From a virus, in IMG/VR virus record IMGVR_UViG_3300030099_005838: 64,000 nucleotides of DNA; one strand, written 5' to 3'. How positions within the stretch are numbered: the first letter of the stretch is position 1; each line of letters starts with the position of its first letter. The notes beneath the pieces are model-generated. The model searched no databases, was not told the DNA's origin, and worked only from the letters and a program-made list of their open reading frames with translations. Shown here in pieces: positions 1 through 10,017 of the stretch. Position numbers and translations under genes: made by a program.

Positions 1-10
1 TTTTAGTGCT

Positions 11-904
11 ATGCCAACTCTCAATGATGACGGAGCTCATGTTGGGGGAATAGTTGGCTTTCTTAGATCAATCGGTTATGCCATAAAGACAATTAGACCC
101 ACTCGTTGTGTGATAGTATTTGACGGGAAGGGTGGGTCTAACCGTCGCAAAAAAGTTTTTAGTGGATATAAAGCAAATAGGAATATGTCTAAGAGATTAA
201 ATAGGACATACGATTTCAATAGTAAAGAAGACGAACATCAATCTATGATGTTGCAGTTGACTAGAGTTATTGATTACTTAGAACAATTACCTATAACCAC
301 TATAACTATTGAAAACATAGAGGCTGATGATGGTATGGCCTATATCACAAAACAGATTCTAAAGACTTCTAAGATTGTATTGATGTCTACTGATAAAGAT
401 TTTTTACAATTAGTGAATCACAGAGTCTCAGTTTGGTCTCCAACCAAAAAGAAACTATACGACCCACCAAAGGTATTAGAGGACTATGGTATACCATCCC
501 ATAATTTCACTATCTACAGAGCGATAGATGGTGATAAATCTGATAACATAGATGGAGTTCGTGGTTGGGGATTGAAAACTATTCAAAAAAAATTACCACT
601 TTTACTCGAAGACAATATACTTAATATAGATGACATTATTAATGAAGACGAAAAGCTCAAAGAAGCAGAGGTTATATTAAAACGAAACTATGACTTAATG
701 CAGTTAGACGAGGTTGTGATAAGTTCATCAGCAAAAATCAAAATATTGGATAAAGTAAACGAACCAATTAATAGATTAAATAAGATACAATTTCAGAAGA
801 GATTCATAGAGGATAGACTATTTGCCACATTACCAAATATGGATAGTTGGTTAGTTCAATGCTTTGGTAAGTTAAATGAAATGGCTGGAAAAACAAATGG
901 GTAG
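11..904 (+). CDS. rnh: 5'-3' exonuclease / T4 RNase H (FEN-like); probably 5'-partial
   Basis: Motifs VFDGKGG, EADD, STDKD and GDKSDNIDGVRGWGLKT. The frame is open upstream of ATG 11, so the true start is probably before the window. Confidence 0.85.
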   Translation: MPTLNDDGAHVGGIVGFLRSIGYAIKTIRPTRCVIVFDGKGGSNRRKKVFSGYKANRNMSKRLNRTYDFNSKEDEHQSMMLQLTRVIDYLEQLPITTITIENIEADDGMAYITKQILKTSKIVLMSTDKDFLQLVNHRVSVWSPTKKKLYDPPKVLEDYGIPSHNFTIYRAIDGDKSDNIDGVRGWGLKTIQKKLPLLLEDNILNIDDIINEDEKLKEAEVILKRNYDLMQLDEVVISSSAKIKILDKVNEPINRLNKIQFQKRFIEDRLFATLPNMDSWLVQCFGKLNEMAGKTNG

Positions 905-1076
905 AAAAAGAAAATACAACTCAGAAGAGGAAAGAAAAGAAGCTCAAAGAAAATGGTCTATGGAATACTATTACAGAAATCAGGCTTTAGTTCAAGAGAA
1001 AGCAAGAGAAAGATATAGAAAGAAAAGAATAATGGAAATAAAAGAAAAACAAATTAAGGAATTATATGGTGAGTGA
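897..1076 (+). CDS. small basic hypothetical protein
   Basis: K/R-rich ORF (MGRKRKY...) overlapping its neighbours. Confidence 0.6.
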   Translation: MGRKRKYNSEEERKEAQRKWSMEYYYRNQALVQEKARERYRKKRIMEIKEKQIKELYGE

Positions 1077-2424
1077 AAATTTTACTCAGTATGGGCCTTC
1101 ATTTCAATCTAAGATAATATCATCATTATTATCAGACAACAAATTTATACAAACTATAAGTGATATATTAGAATCAAAATACTTCGATTCTGATGCTAAT
1201 AAATGGTTATCAAAAGAAATCAGTAAATACTTTATGGAGTTTAGAAAAGCTCCTACATTAGAAGTATTGAAAGTAAAAATCAATCAGATGGATGATGAGA
1301 TTCTGAAGGTATCAGTTGTGGAGAATTTGAAAGATTCTTGGAGAAATTTAGAAGCTACTGATTTGGATTTTGTAAAGCAAGAAACACTTTCGTTCTGTAA
1401 GAATCAGGTTTTGAAAGAAGCTATTACAGATGCTGTAGATTTGTTAGAACAGAAGAAGTATGATGATATAAAAGTTATTATAGATTCTGCTATGAAGGCT
1501 GGAAGTGAAAGAGATTTAGGACATGATTACATCATATCCTTAGAGGATAGACTTACAGAATCAGTTAGAGAAACCAAACCTACTCCGTGGGATGCTGTTA
1601 CAAACGTAATGGATGGTGGATTGGCTGGTGGTGAGTTAGGTGTATTAGTTGCACCTGCTGGTATTGGTAAGACTTGGTGTTTACAAGCTTTAGGTGCTCA
1701 CTTAGTCAGAGAAGGTAAAACAGTAGTTCATTACACTTTAGAGTTAAATGAGTCTTATGTTGGTTTAAGATATGATACTGTATTTAGTGGAACACCAACT
1801 GCTAACATAAAGTTCTATCAAGAAGATGTACAAAAAGTTATTGATGGTTTAAAGGGTAAATTAATAATCAAATACTATCCTACTCGTTCTGCGTCTGTTA
1901 ATACCCTATCTTCACATCTTAAACAAATGGAGATACAGGAAATAAAACCTGATGCTGTAATAGTTGATTATGCTGACATCCTGAAACCAACTACATTCTA
2001 TAAAGAGAAGAGACATGCAACTGGTGAGACTTATGAAAATCTAAGAGGACTTGCTGGTGAATTTGATATTCCAATATGGACTGCTTCACAGGCTAATCGT
2101 AGTTCGTTAGAAGAAGATGTAATCGATGCCACTAAAGTATCAGAGGATTATAGTAAGGTTATGACAGCGGATTTTGTTATGTCAGTTAGTCGTAAGGTTG
2201 AAGATAAAATTGCAAATACAGGTAGGTTTCATGTGATTAAAAATAGATTTGGTGTAGATGGTATTACCTTTCCAGCTAACATCAATACTAATACAGGTTT
2301 GATTGAAGTGCATGAGGCATCAACTGTTGGTGGAAAACAAGTACAAGGTAAAATGGATAATTCGGAAGAATACCTAAGAAAAACTTTATCACAAAAGTAT
2401 AAAGATTTGGCCGGATTCGAATAG
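1066..2424 (+). CDS. gp41: replicative DNA helicase (T4 gp41/DnaB-like)
   Basis: Walker A APAGIGKT, YTLE, IVDYAD, TASQANR and KNRFG motifs. Confidence 0.92.
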   Translation: MVSENFTQYGPSFQSKIISSLLSDNKFIQTISDILESKYFDSDANKWLSKEISKYFMEFRKAPTLEVLKVKINQMDDEILKVSVVENLKDSWRNLEATDLDFVKQETLSFCKNQVLKEAITDAVDLLEQKKYDDIKVIIDSAMKAGSERDLGHDYIISLEDRLTESVRETKPTPWDAVTNVMDGGLAGGELGVLVAPAGIGKTWCLQALGAHLVREGKTVVHYTLELNESYVGLRYDTVFSGTPTANIKFYQEDVQKVIDGLKGKLIIKYYPTRSASVNTLSSHLKQMEIQEIKPDAVIVDYADILKPTTFYKEKRHATGETYENLRGLAGEFDIPIWTASQANRSSLEEDVIDATKVSEDYSKVMTADFVMSVSRKVEDKIANTGRFHVIKNRFGVDGITFPANINTNTGLIEVHEASTVGGKQVQGKMDNSEEYLRKTLSQKYKDLAGFE

Positions 2425-2442
2425 GAATAGATAGTATATATA

Positions 2443-2451
2443 ATAATTATA
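2443..2451 (+). promoter_or_regulatory. putative late-promoter motif ATAnTTATA (ATAATTATA)
   Basis: Intergenic copy of the recurring motif, upstream of the RNR gene. Confidence 0.4.
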
Positions 2452-2481
2452 AATAGTTAAATTTGTTACTGAGGAGTTACT

Positions 2482-4491
2482 ATGGAAAAATTTAAGTTGT
2501 CAGACAACTTTGTTGCAAAATATAAAAGAAAGAAAGCACCTTTTGGTTTTAATGGATTGGGTGAGTTGGTTTATATGAGAACCTACTCAAGAATCAAAGA
2601 GAACGGAAAGAATGAAAGATGGTGGGAAACGGTTCAAAGGGTTGTGGAAGGAACTTATAATATGCAAATGAATTGGATTGAATCACATCAATTAGGGTGG
2701 AATCCGTGGCAGGCACAGAGGTCAGCTCAAGATATGTATGAGCGTATTTTTAACATGAAATTCTTACCTCCTGGTCGTGGACTGTGGGCGATGGGAACGC
2801 CAATCACAGAAGAAAAAGGTTTATATGCCGCCCTAAACAATTGTGCTTTCGTATCTACGAAAACACTAAAGGAAGATTATGCTAAACCTTTCTGTTTCCT
2901 TATGGATGCTAGTATGTTAGGTGTCGGTGTTGGATTTGATACCAAAGGTGCTGGAGAAATAGTAATCAAAGGTATACAAAAAGACAGAGATGAGCAGATA
3001 TATGAAATACCAGATACACGTGAGGGGTGGGTTGAATCTCTTAAATTATTATTAGAGAGTTACTTTCATGGACAGGCTCCAATCAAATTTGACTATTCAA
3101 AGATAAGAGGTGCAGGTGAACCCATTAGCGGGTTTGGTGGTGTTGCAAGTGGGCATGAACCATTATTAGAGGTACATGAAAGTATCAGAAAAGTATTAGA
3201 GGATAATAGTGGAGAACCAATTTCAATTACCACAATTGTAGACATAATGAACCTAATTGGTAAATGTGTTGTTGCTGGTAATGTTAGAAGGACTGCGGAA
3301 ATTGTATTTGGTGAGCCGGACTCAGAAGAATATTTGGATTTAAAAAACTATAAAGTAAATAAACACAGAGAGACATATGGATGGACATCTAATAATAGTA
3401 TATTCGCTGAATTGGGTATGGATTATACAGAAGCTGCCAAACGAATTGTGGATAATGGTGAGCCTGGATTTGCGTGGTTAGACAATATGAGAAAGTATTC
3501 TCGTATGAAGAATGGTGGTGATAACAAAGACCATAGAGTCGCTGGTGGAAATCCTTGTTTAGAACAATCATTGGAGAGTTATGAATTATGTTGTTTGGTA
3601 GAAACATTTCCAAACAACCATGATAGTTTTGAGGATTATGCAAGAACATTAAAATATGCATATCTATATGCGAAAACAGTTACATTGGGAAGAACCCATT
3701 GGGCGGACACCAATAGAGTTATGTTAAGAAACAGAAGAATTGGTTGTTCAGTAAGTGGTGTTGCTCAGTTTATTACAAATAGAGGTTTAGGAGAATTAAA
3801 GAATTGGTTAAATGGTGGATATGATGTTATACAGGAATGGGATAAACAATATTCAGATTGGTTTGCCGTTCCTAAGTCAATTAAGACAACATCCGTCAAA
3901 CCATCAGGTACAGTATCACTACTTGCAGGAGCGACTCCAGGATTACATTACCCTGAGAGTCGTTTTTACATTAGGAGAATAAGGTTATCCAAACATTCAG
4001 AATTGATTGGACCGATGGAAAAATCAGGTTATAAAATAGAACCAGCTTTTGGTTCAGAGGATACAACAATGGTTGTTGAAGTGCCGGTTGATGTGGGCGA
4101 GGGTATAAGAACTGCGGCTGAACTATCCATTTGGGAACAATTCAGTTTAGCCGCATTCTTACAAAGACATTGGGCTGACAATCAGGTAAGTTGTACCGTG
4201 ACATTTGATCCTGAAACAGAAGCAAATCAAATCGCTCCTTGTCTGAATTACTATCAGTATCATTTGAAAGGTATTAGTTTGTTACCACGACATGACTATG
4301 GTGCTTATCAACAGATGCCTTATGAGGCAATAGATGAGGAGACTTACAAAAAAGAAGTGAGTAAGTTGAGTAAACTATCTTTTGGTGTAATAAAAAATGA
4401 AGAAGCAGAAATCGATAAATTTTGTAACAATGATTCATGTGAAGTTATCCCAATGACAGGTGATAATGATGACCAAGATTACGCAAACTAA
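2482..4491 (+). CDS. nrdJ: class II (adenosylcobalamin-dependent) ribonucleotide reductase, monomeric RTPR type
   Basis: Motifs PPGRGLW, NNCAFV, GNVRRTAEI, NPCLEQ...CCLVE and TSVKPSGTVSLL, with a C-terminal CxxxxC. Confidence 0.92.
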   Translation: MEKFKLSDNFVAKYKRKKAPFGFNGLGELVYMRTYSRIKENGKNERWWETVQRVVEGTYNMQMNWIESHQLGWNPWQAQRSAQDMYERIFNMKFLPPGRGLWAMGTPITEEKGLYAALNNCAFVSTKTLKEDYAKPFCFLMDASMLGVGVGFDTKGAGEIVIKGIQKDRDEQIYEIPDTREGWVESLKLLLESYFHGQAPIKFDYSKIRGAGEPISGFGGVASGHEPLLEVHESIRKVLEDNSGEPISITTIVDIMNLIGKCVVAGNVRRTAEIVFGEPDSEEYLDLKNYKVNKHRETYGWTSNNSIFAELGMDYTEAAKRIVDNGEPGFAWLDNMRKYSRMKNGGDNKDHRVAGGNPCLEQSLESYELCCLVETFPNNHDSFEDYARTLKYAYLYAKTVTLGRTHWADTNRVMLRNRRIGCSVSGVAQFITNRGLGELKNWLNGGYDVIQEWDKQYSDWFAVPKSIKTTSVKPSGTVSLLAGATPGLHYPESRFYIRRIRLSKHSELIGPMEKSGYKIEPAFGSEDTTMVVEVPVDVGEGIRTAAELSIWEQFSLAAFLQRHWADNQVSCTVTFDPETEANQIAPCLNYYQYHLKGISLLPRHDYGAYQQMPYEAIDEETYKKEVSKLSKLSFGVIKNEEAEIDKFCNNDSCEVIPMTGDNDDQDYAN

Positions 4492-4545
4492 ATAATGAAA
4501 AACGGTTATAACAATCAAAAATATTCATATACTTACAAAAAGCGG

Positions 4546-4583
4546 ACAGGCAGACGGCACACCTGTAGAAAAATGTGCCTTTT
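4546..4583 (+). promoter_or_regulatory. putative H-type pseudoknot / attenuator in the leader of the TonB-dependent receptor gene
   Basis: ACAGG(4546-50) pairs with CCTGT(4562-66); GGCACA(4556-61) pairs with TGTGCC(4574-79); followed by TTTT. Confidence 0.5.
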
Positions 4584-4609
4584 CATTAATGAACAACAAG
4601 GAGATTACT

Positions 4610-7357
4610 ATGAGATATCGTAATCTAATCCTTTCAACAATAATGATGGTTGGAGTTGTCTTTGGACAAGTCGTAACCGGATTTGTTGGTGAAGGTGATA
4701 AACCACTTGTAGGAGCAAATGTTGTAGTAGAAGGTACGACTAAAGGTGGAGTTACCGATAGTGAGGGTAAATTCACTATCGATACTGGTGCTGGTACTTT
4801 TGATATAACAGCATCCTACATTGGATACATAACCCAAACTAAATCTGTTAGTGTTGGGGATATAGTGTCCAGCGTCAGTTTCAACTTAGAAATTGATGTT
4901 GTTGCACTATCGGCTTTAGAGGTTTTGGCTTCTCGAGCTGATGAAAAAACACCTGTTGCTTACACTACGGTGACTAAGGAAGAGATGGAAATTCGTCTTG
5001 GTTCACAAGATATTCCAATGTCTCTGAATATGACACCATCAGTATATGCGACTGGTCAAGGTGGTGGTGCGGGTGATGCTCGTATCAATGTTCGTGGATT
5101 CAACCAAAGAAACGTAGCCGTCATGATAAATGGTGTTCCCCAAAATGATATGGAGAACGGATGGGTGTATTGGTCTAATTGGGATGGGGTAGGAGATGCT
5201 ACCTCTTCAATTCAGATGCAAAGAGGTCTATCAGCCGTTAATCTCGCTACACCATCAATTGGTGGAACGATGAACATAATAACGGATCCTGCCTCTCTTG
5301 AAAAGGGTGGTAAGTTCAAACAAGAAACTGGTAATAACGGTTTCTTAAAAACAACCTTAAATTACAATACAGGTTTGATTGGTGATAAACTAGCATTAAG
5401 TGGAACAATAGTTCGTAAAACTGGTGATGGTTTAATCGATGGAACTTGGACAGATGCATGGGCCTACTATGTTGGTGGTTCATACGCTGTCAGTAATGAC
5501 CAAAGGTTTGAGTTATATGCAATTGGTGCTCCACAGAGACATGGACAGAACCTATACAAACAAAACATAGCTACTTACTCTCAAGAGTTAGCTGGTGATA
5601 TTGATGAGTATGATGTTTCAGCATTTGCAGATAGTGCAAAATTCGAAACTGAAGCTGGTAGGTTCTTCAACCAAAATTGGAACACTATTGATGAATCGTA
5701 CAAAGGCCAACAGTATTGGTATATGTATGGAGAAGGTGGATTATTCGGTGGTGGACTACAAGATCGTAAGATTGGTGGTTTACTGAACGAAAGAGAAAAC
5801 TTCTTTCATAAACCATTAGTCAACCTTAACCATTTCTATGATGTAAATGACCAAGTTAGAATAAGTTCTATCTTGTATTGGTCAGGTGGTTCTGGTGGTG
5901 GTACTGGTACTTACGGAAGTGTATCAAGACAACCCGCAGTTGAGGGCTCACCTTGGTATGCAAGTTCACCTTGGACATGGGATTGGAATGCTGAGATTGC
6001 TCAGAACTCTGCTAATGTAGATTCAACATGGTCAGAAACCGAAAACCGTTCTACAGGTATACTTCGTAATTCAATCAATAGGCAAAATACCTATGGTTTA
6101 ATTTCCAAACTAAACTATGATGTCAACGATGACCTGGAAGTTCAAGTTGGTATTGATTGGAGAACGGCTGGTATTGAACATGCTAGAGAAGTTCGTGATT
6201 TACTCGGTGGAGACTACTATGTAGACTATGCCGATGACAATGCACCAGATGGAAAGAAAGTTGGTTTAGGTGATATCATTGCCTACCATAACAATACTAC
6301 AGTTGATTGGTTCGGTGCTTTCGTACAAGGTAAATACGACATTCAGAAGTTCAACCTTTATGGTATGGGTGGGGTATCCACAATTGGATATTCCTATCAA
6401 GACCATTTTTCTGTTGGGAAGGAACTTGTAGAAGCTCCATCCATTACGACCTTTCAAGTAAAGGGTGGTGGTGTATTTAATCTTGATGATAGATTATCAG
6501 CATTTGCTAATCTTGGGTATGTTCAAAAACCACCAATTTTGGATAACGTGATTGATTATGATGGTAATGTTGCTACCAATCCTGATAATGAGAAGTTCAC
6601 ATCAGCTGAGGTTGGTGGTTCATACAGAAGTGACAAAGTTGCCGTAAAAGGTAGTTACTACAATACACAATGGAAAGATAGAAACCTAACTCGTAATGTG
6701 GAGACAGGTGCTGGTGATTCAGGTGATACTGATATCATTTATCTTACTGGTGTAAACCAAAGTCATACTGGTGTTGAGGTAGAAGCTAAAGTTGCCCTAC
6801 ACGAGATGGTTGATGTAGACTTTGCTTTCAGTAAAGGTAATTGGTTCTTCGATGGAGATGCCAAAGGTGATTACTTAGAACAAGAGTATAATGAAGATGG
6901 TCAGATTATCGGACAGATGACAACCGAATATGTCTATGCTCTTAATAATCTAAAAGTTGGTGATATGCCACAAACTGCTTATGTCGGTGGTCTAACACTA
7001 AAACCAATCAAAGGAATGAACATTCAAGGATTGTTAAAAGTCTATGATGACAATTACGCTGATTGGTCACCAGAATCTCGTGAGGTGACAGGTGATGAGG
7101 ATAGAGCACAAGTTTGGAAAGCTCCTGGCTATTCTAAATTGGACCTACACTTATCATACAAACTTCCAGAGATTGCAGGTTATGATGTGACCTTACATGG
7201 TCATGTCTTTAATGCACTTGATAATATATACGTTCAAGATGCTACAGATAACAGTAAGTACAATGGGTACGGTGATAAACTTCACTTAGCTCATAATGCT
7301 GAAGTATTCTTGGGAACACCAAGATACTACAACATAGGACTTAGTGTTAATTTCTAA
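4610..7357 (+). CDS. TonB-dependent outer-membrane receptor (CarboxypepD-reg-like N-domain, plug, beta-barrel)
   Basis: Signal peptide; motifs PLVGANVVVEGT...DSEGKF, NVRGF, VMINGVP and IQMQRG; C-terminal GLSVNF; SD AAGGAG before ATG 4610. Confidence 0.9.
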   Translation: MRYRNLILSTIMMVGVVFGQVVTGFVGEGDKPLVGANVVVEGTTKGGVTDSEGKFTIDTGAGTFDITASYIGYITQTKSVSVGDIVSSVSFNLEIDVVALSALEVLASRADEKTPVAYTTVTKEEMEIRLGSQDIPMSLNMTPSVYATGQGGGAGDARINVRGFNQRNVAVMINGVPQNDMENGWVYWSNWDGVGDATSSIQMQRGLSAVNLATPSIGGTMNIITDPASLEKGGKFKQETGNNGFLKTTLNYNTGLIGDKLALSGTIVRKTGDGLIDGTWTDAWAYYVGGSYAVSNDQRFELYAIGAPQRHGQNLYKQNIATYSQELAGDIDEYDVSAFADSAKFETEAGRFFNQNWNTIDESYKGQQYWYMYGEGGLFGGGLQDRKIGGLLNERENFFHKPLVNLNHFYDVNDQVRISSILYWSGGSGGGTGTYGSVSRQPAVEGSPWYASSPWTWDWNAEIAQNSANVDSTWSETENRSTGILRNSINRQNTYGLISKLNYDVNDDLEVQVGIDWRTAGIEHAREVRDLLGGDYYVDYADDNAPDGKKVGLGDIIAYHNNTTVDWFGAFVQGKYDIQKFNLYGMGGVSTIGYSYQDHFSVGKELVEAPSITTFQVKGGGVFNLDDRLSAFANLGYVQKPPILDNVIDYDGNVATNPDNEKFTSAEVGGSYRSDKVAVKGSYYNTQWKDRNLTRNVETGAGDSGDTDIIYLTGVNQSHTGVEVEAKVALHEMVDVDFAFSKGNWFFDGDAKGDYLEQEYNEDGQIIGQMTTEYVYALNNLKVGDMPQTAYVGGLTLKPIKGMNIQGLLKVYDDNYADWSPESREVTGDEDRAQVWKAPGYSKLDLHLSYKLPEIAGYDVTLHGHVFNALDNIYVQDATDNSKYNGYGDKLHLAHNAEVFLGTPRYYNIGLSVNF

Positions 7358-7368
7358 AATGATGACTT

Positions 7369-7395
7369 GGGGGATTGAAATATATCCCCCTTTTT
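7369..7395 (+). terminator. intrinsic terminator
   Basis: GGGGGAT-8nt-ATCCCCC followed by TTTTT, just after the receptor stop codon. Confidence 0.75.
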
Positions 7396-7408
7396 ATCAA
7401 AAAAATAC

Positions 7409-7437
7409 TTGACTTATTCATATTTTATTCGTAGCTT
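7409..7437 (+). promoter_or_regulatory. sigma70-like early promoter TTGACT-N17-TAGCTT
   Basis: One of 11 plus-strand copies; upstream of the PolB gene. Confidence 0.7.
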
Positions 7438-7469
7438 TAAACATGGAAAATGGGGATTTTACAACCTAA

Positions 7470-9968
7470 ATGTATCAGAATATTTATTTCGACCAAAGAA
7501 AACAACAAGTTCATATATGGGATGATGAAAAAGGTTATTTCGTACTACCATACAGAAAATATGCTTATGTGAAAGATAGGCTTGGTACTTACATATCTTT
7601 ATATGGAGATAAACTTAAAAAAATTAAAAAGTGGGATAACGAAACACCGAATCTATTCGAATCAGATGTACCACCTGAAACCAGAGTTTTAGTAGACCAA
7701 TACACAGATAGTGAAGAGACATCGAAAGGTCATGTGATTATGACAATTGATATTGAGGTTGAAGTTACCGATGGTTTTCCAGACATACATAAAGCGGATA
7801 ATAAAATAACTTCTATTGCTATACACTCTTCTTCAGATGACACCTATTATACCTTGGTACTAGACCCAAAAGATAATCTAAAATTAAAATCATATGACAA
7901 TGTTGAGATAGAAACATTTGAGAATGAGTTTGAACTGTTACAAAAATTTTATATGATTTACCTAAAGATAAAACCAACCATAATAACAGGCTGGAACATA
8001 GATGGTTTTGATATGCCTTATCTTTATAAAAGAAGTTCTAACATTGTTGGTAGTAACGTTGCTGATTTACTTTCACCAATTAGAATAGTCAATTGGAATA
8101 AACATAGGAAGAGGTATATGTTTGCTGGTGTTAGTTGTTTAGACTATCTGGCACTGTACAAACTTTTCACCTACACACAATTATCATCTTATAGATTGGA
8201 TGCTGTTGCTGAGTTTGAGTTGAGTGAGAATAAGATAGAGTATACTGGTACACTAAATGATTTATATGAGAATGATATAGATAAGTTTGTTGAATATAAT
8301 ATACATGATGTTCGTCTTGTCAAAAGATTAAATGATAAATTAGATTTTATCGAAATGGCTCGTGGTGTATGTCACGTAGGTCATGTTCCTTATGAAGATG
8401 TTTACTTTTCTTCTCGCTACTTAGAAGGTGCAATATTAGTCTACCTAAGAAAAATAGGTGTAGTTGCTCCTAACAAACCACCAAGACCTGAAAGGTTAGA
8501 GGGTGGAGATAAGTTCACAGGTGCTTATGTACAACCACCACAAAAGGGTAAACACGATTGGGTATTCGATTTAGATATTACTTCTATGTATCCATCAGTT
8601 ATTATGTCTTTAAATATCTCACCTGAAACAAAGATTGGTAAACTCGCTGGTTGGGATGCTGAGGAGTTTATAAGGGGAACTAAAAAGACATATACGTTGT
8701 TATCCAATGGTAGAGAAAAGGGGAGATTAACAGAAACAGAGTTAAAAGATTTCTTCGACAAAAATAATGTTTCGGTATCTTCTAATGGTGTATTATATAG
8801 AAATGATAAGCAAGGACTGATACCTGCACTACTATCGAAATGGTTTGATACTCGTGTAGAATACAGAAAGTTGATGAAGAAGTTCGGTGATGCAGGTGAT
8901 GAACAAAAGTATAGTTACTTCAAAAGTCGTCAGTTGATTCAAAAGGTTGTACTGAATTCGTTATACGGTGTGTTAGGTTTATCTGTGTTTAGATTCTATG
9001 ATTTAGATAATGCAGAAGCTACTACACTTACAGGTCAAGAACTAATCAAATTTACAAAGAAGATTGGTAACTTTTTTTACAACAATGCGTTAGAAACTAA
9101 TGATGAAGATTATTGTATTTACATAGATACTGATTCAGTATTCTATTCGGCTTTACCAATTGTACAAAAAAGATTTCCCAATAAGGAATTTACAGAAACC
9201 AGAATGAGTAAGATTATTTTGGATGTGGCTGATGAGATGCAGACATATCTGAATAAGTCTTATGATTATTTCGGTAAGAAGTTTCTAAACTTAGACAAAC
9301 ATAGGTTTGAGATAAAGCAGGAATTGATTGCTAAGAGTGGTTTGTTTATCGTAAAGAAACGATACGGCATGAAGATTATCAATGACAATGGAGTAAAGGT
9401 AAACAAACTGCATGTAAAAGGTTTGGACTTAGTTCGTAGCAACTTTCCAAAGGCTATGGGGCAGTTGTTAAAAGATGTGTTAGAAGATATACTTGCAAAC
9501 GTACCCAAAGATAAGATTGATGAAAGAATTATAAACTTCAAAGAGTCAATGAAATTAGTTGATTTTGATAAGATAGCGATGCCCACTGGTGTTAGAAATC
9601 TAAAAAAGTATAGTGCCGGAAAGAGTGGTAACTTCACTCAGTTTGCAAAAGGTTCACCAGCTCACGTTAAGGCAGCGATAAACTACAATGATTTAATGAA
9701 ACACTTTGGGGTATATGGAAAATACGAACCTATATCAGAAGCAGAAAAGATAAAATGGGTTTATCTAAAACAGAATGAATTAGGTTTAGAGTCTTGTGGA
9801 TATAAGGGTTACGATGATCCTCCACAAATAATAGACTTCATAAAAACTTTTATAGACCATAAGAAAATGTATTCACAAATGCTTGAGAAAAAGATAACAC
9901 TTTTTTATGAAACTTTAAAATGGAATGAACCAGTTAACAAAAAAACATCTATGGAAAGATTTTTTTAG
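7470..9968 (+). CDS. gp43: family B DNA polymerase (T4 gp43-like)
   Basis: Exonuclease motifs DIEVE, GWNIDGFD and YNIHDV; polymerase motifs DITSMYPS, KVVLNSLYG, YIDTDS and KKRY. Confidence 0.95.
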   Translation: MYQNIYFDQRKQQVHIWDDEKGYFVLPYRKYAYVKDRLGTYISLYGDKLKKIKKWDNETPNLFESDVPPETRVLVDQYTDSEETSKGHVIMTIDIEVEVTDGFPDIHKADNKITSIAIHSSSDDTYYTLVLDPKDNLKLKSYDNVEIETFENEFELLQKFYMIYLKIKPTIITGWNIDGFDMPYLYKRSSNIVGSNVADLLSPIRIVNWNKHRKRYMFAGVSCLDYLALYKLFTYTQLSSYRLDAVAEFELSENKIEYTGTLNDLYENDIDKFVEYNIHDVRLVKRLNDKLDFIEMARGVCHVGHVPYEDVYFSSRYLEGAILVYLRKIGVVAPNKPPRPERLEGGDKFTGAYVQPPQKGKHDWVFDLDITSMYPSVIMSLNISPETKIGKLAGWDAEEFIRGTKKTYTLLSNGREKGRLTETELKDFFDKNNVSVSSNGVLYRNDKQGLIPALLSKWFDTRVEYRKLMKKFGDAGDEQKYSYFKSRQLIQKVVLNSLYGVLGLSVFRFYDLDNAEATTLTGQELIKFTKKIGNFFYNNALETNDEDYCIYIDTDSVFYSALPIVQKRFPNKEFTETRMSKIILDVADEMQTYLNKSYDYFGKKFLNLDKHRFEIKQELIAKSGLFIVKKRYGMKIINDNGVKVNKLHVKGLDLVRSNFPKAMGQLLKDVLEDILANVPKDKIDERIINFKESMKLVDFDKIAMPTGVRNLKKYSAGKSGNFTQFAKGSPAHVKAAINYNDLMKHFGVYGKYEPISEAEKIKWVYLKQNELGLESCGYKGYDDPPQIIDFIKTFIDHKKMYSQMLEKKITLFYETLKWNEPVNKKTSMERFF

Positions 9969-9986
9969 TTTTGGGGATTTCAAACA

Positions 9987-9995
9987 ATAGTTATA
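9987..9995 (+). promoter_or_regulatory. putative late-promoter motif (ATAGTTATA)
   Basis: Intergenic variant upstream of the clamp gene. Confidence 0.35.
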
Positions 9996-10017
9996 ATTAA
10001 CATAGGAGAAATAGGTT

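Noticed and set aside
4492-4609. Canonical cobalamin riboswitch before the receptor gene
   Set aside because: Too short, and the GGGAA and B12-box motifs are absent.
1066-9968. Introns or inteins in the helicase, RNR or PolB genes
   Set aside because: Lengths are typical, frames are uninterrupted, and no intein or homing-endonuclease motifs were seen.
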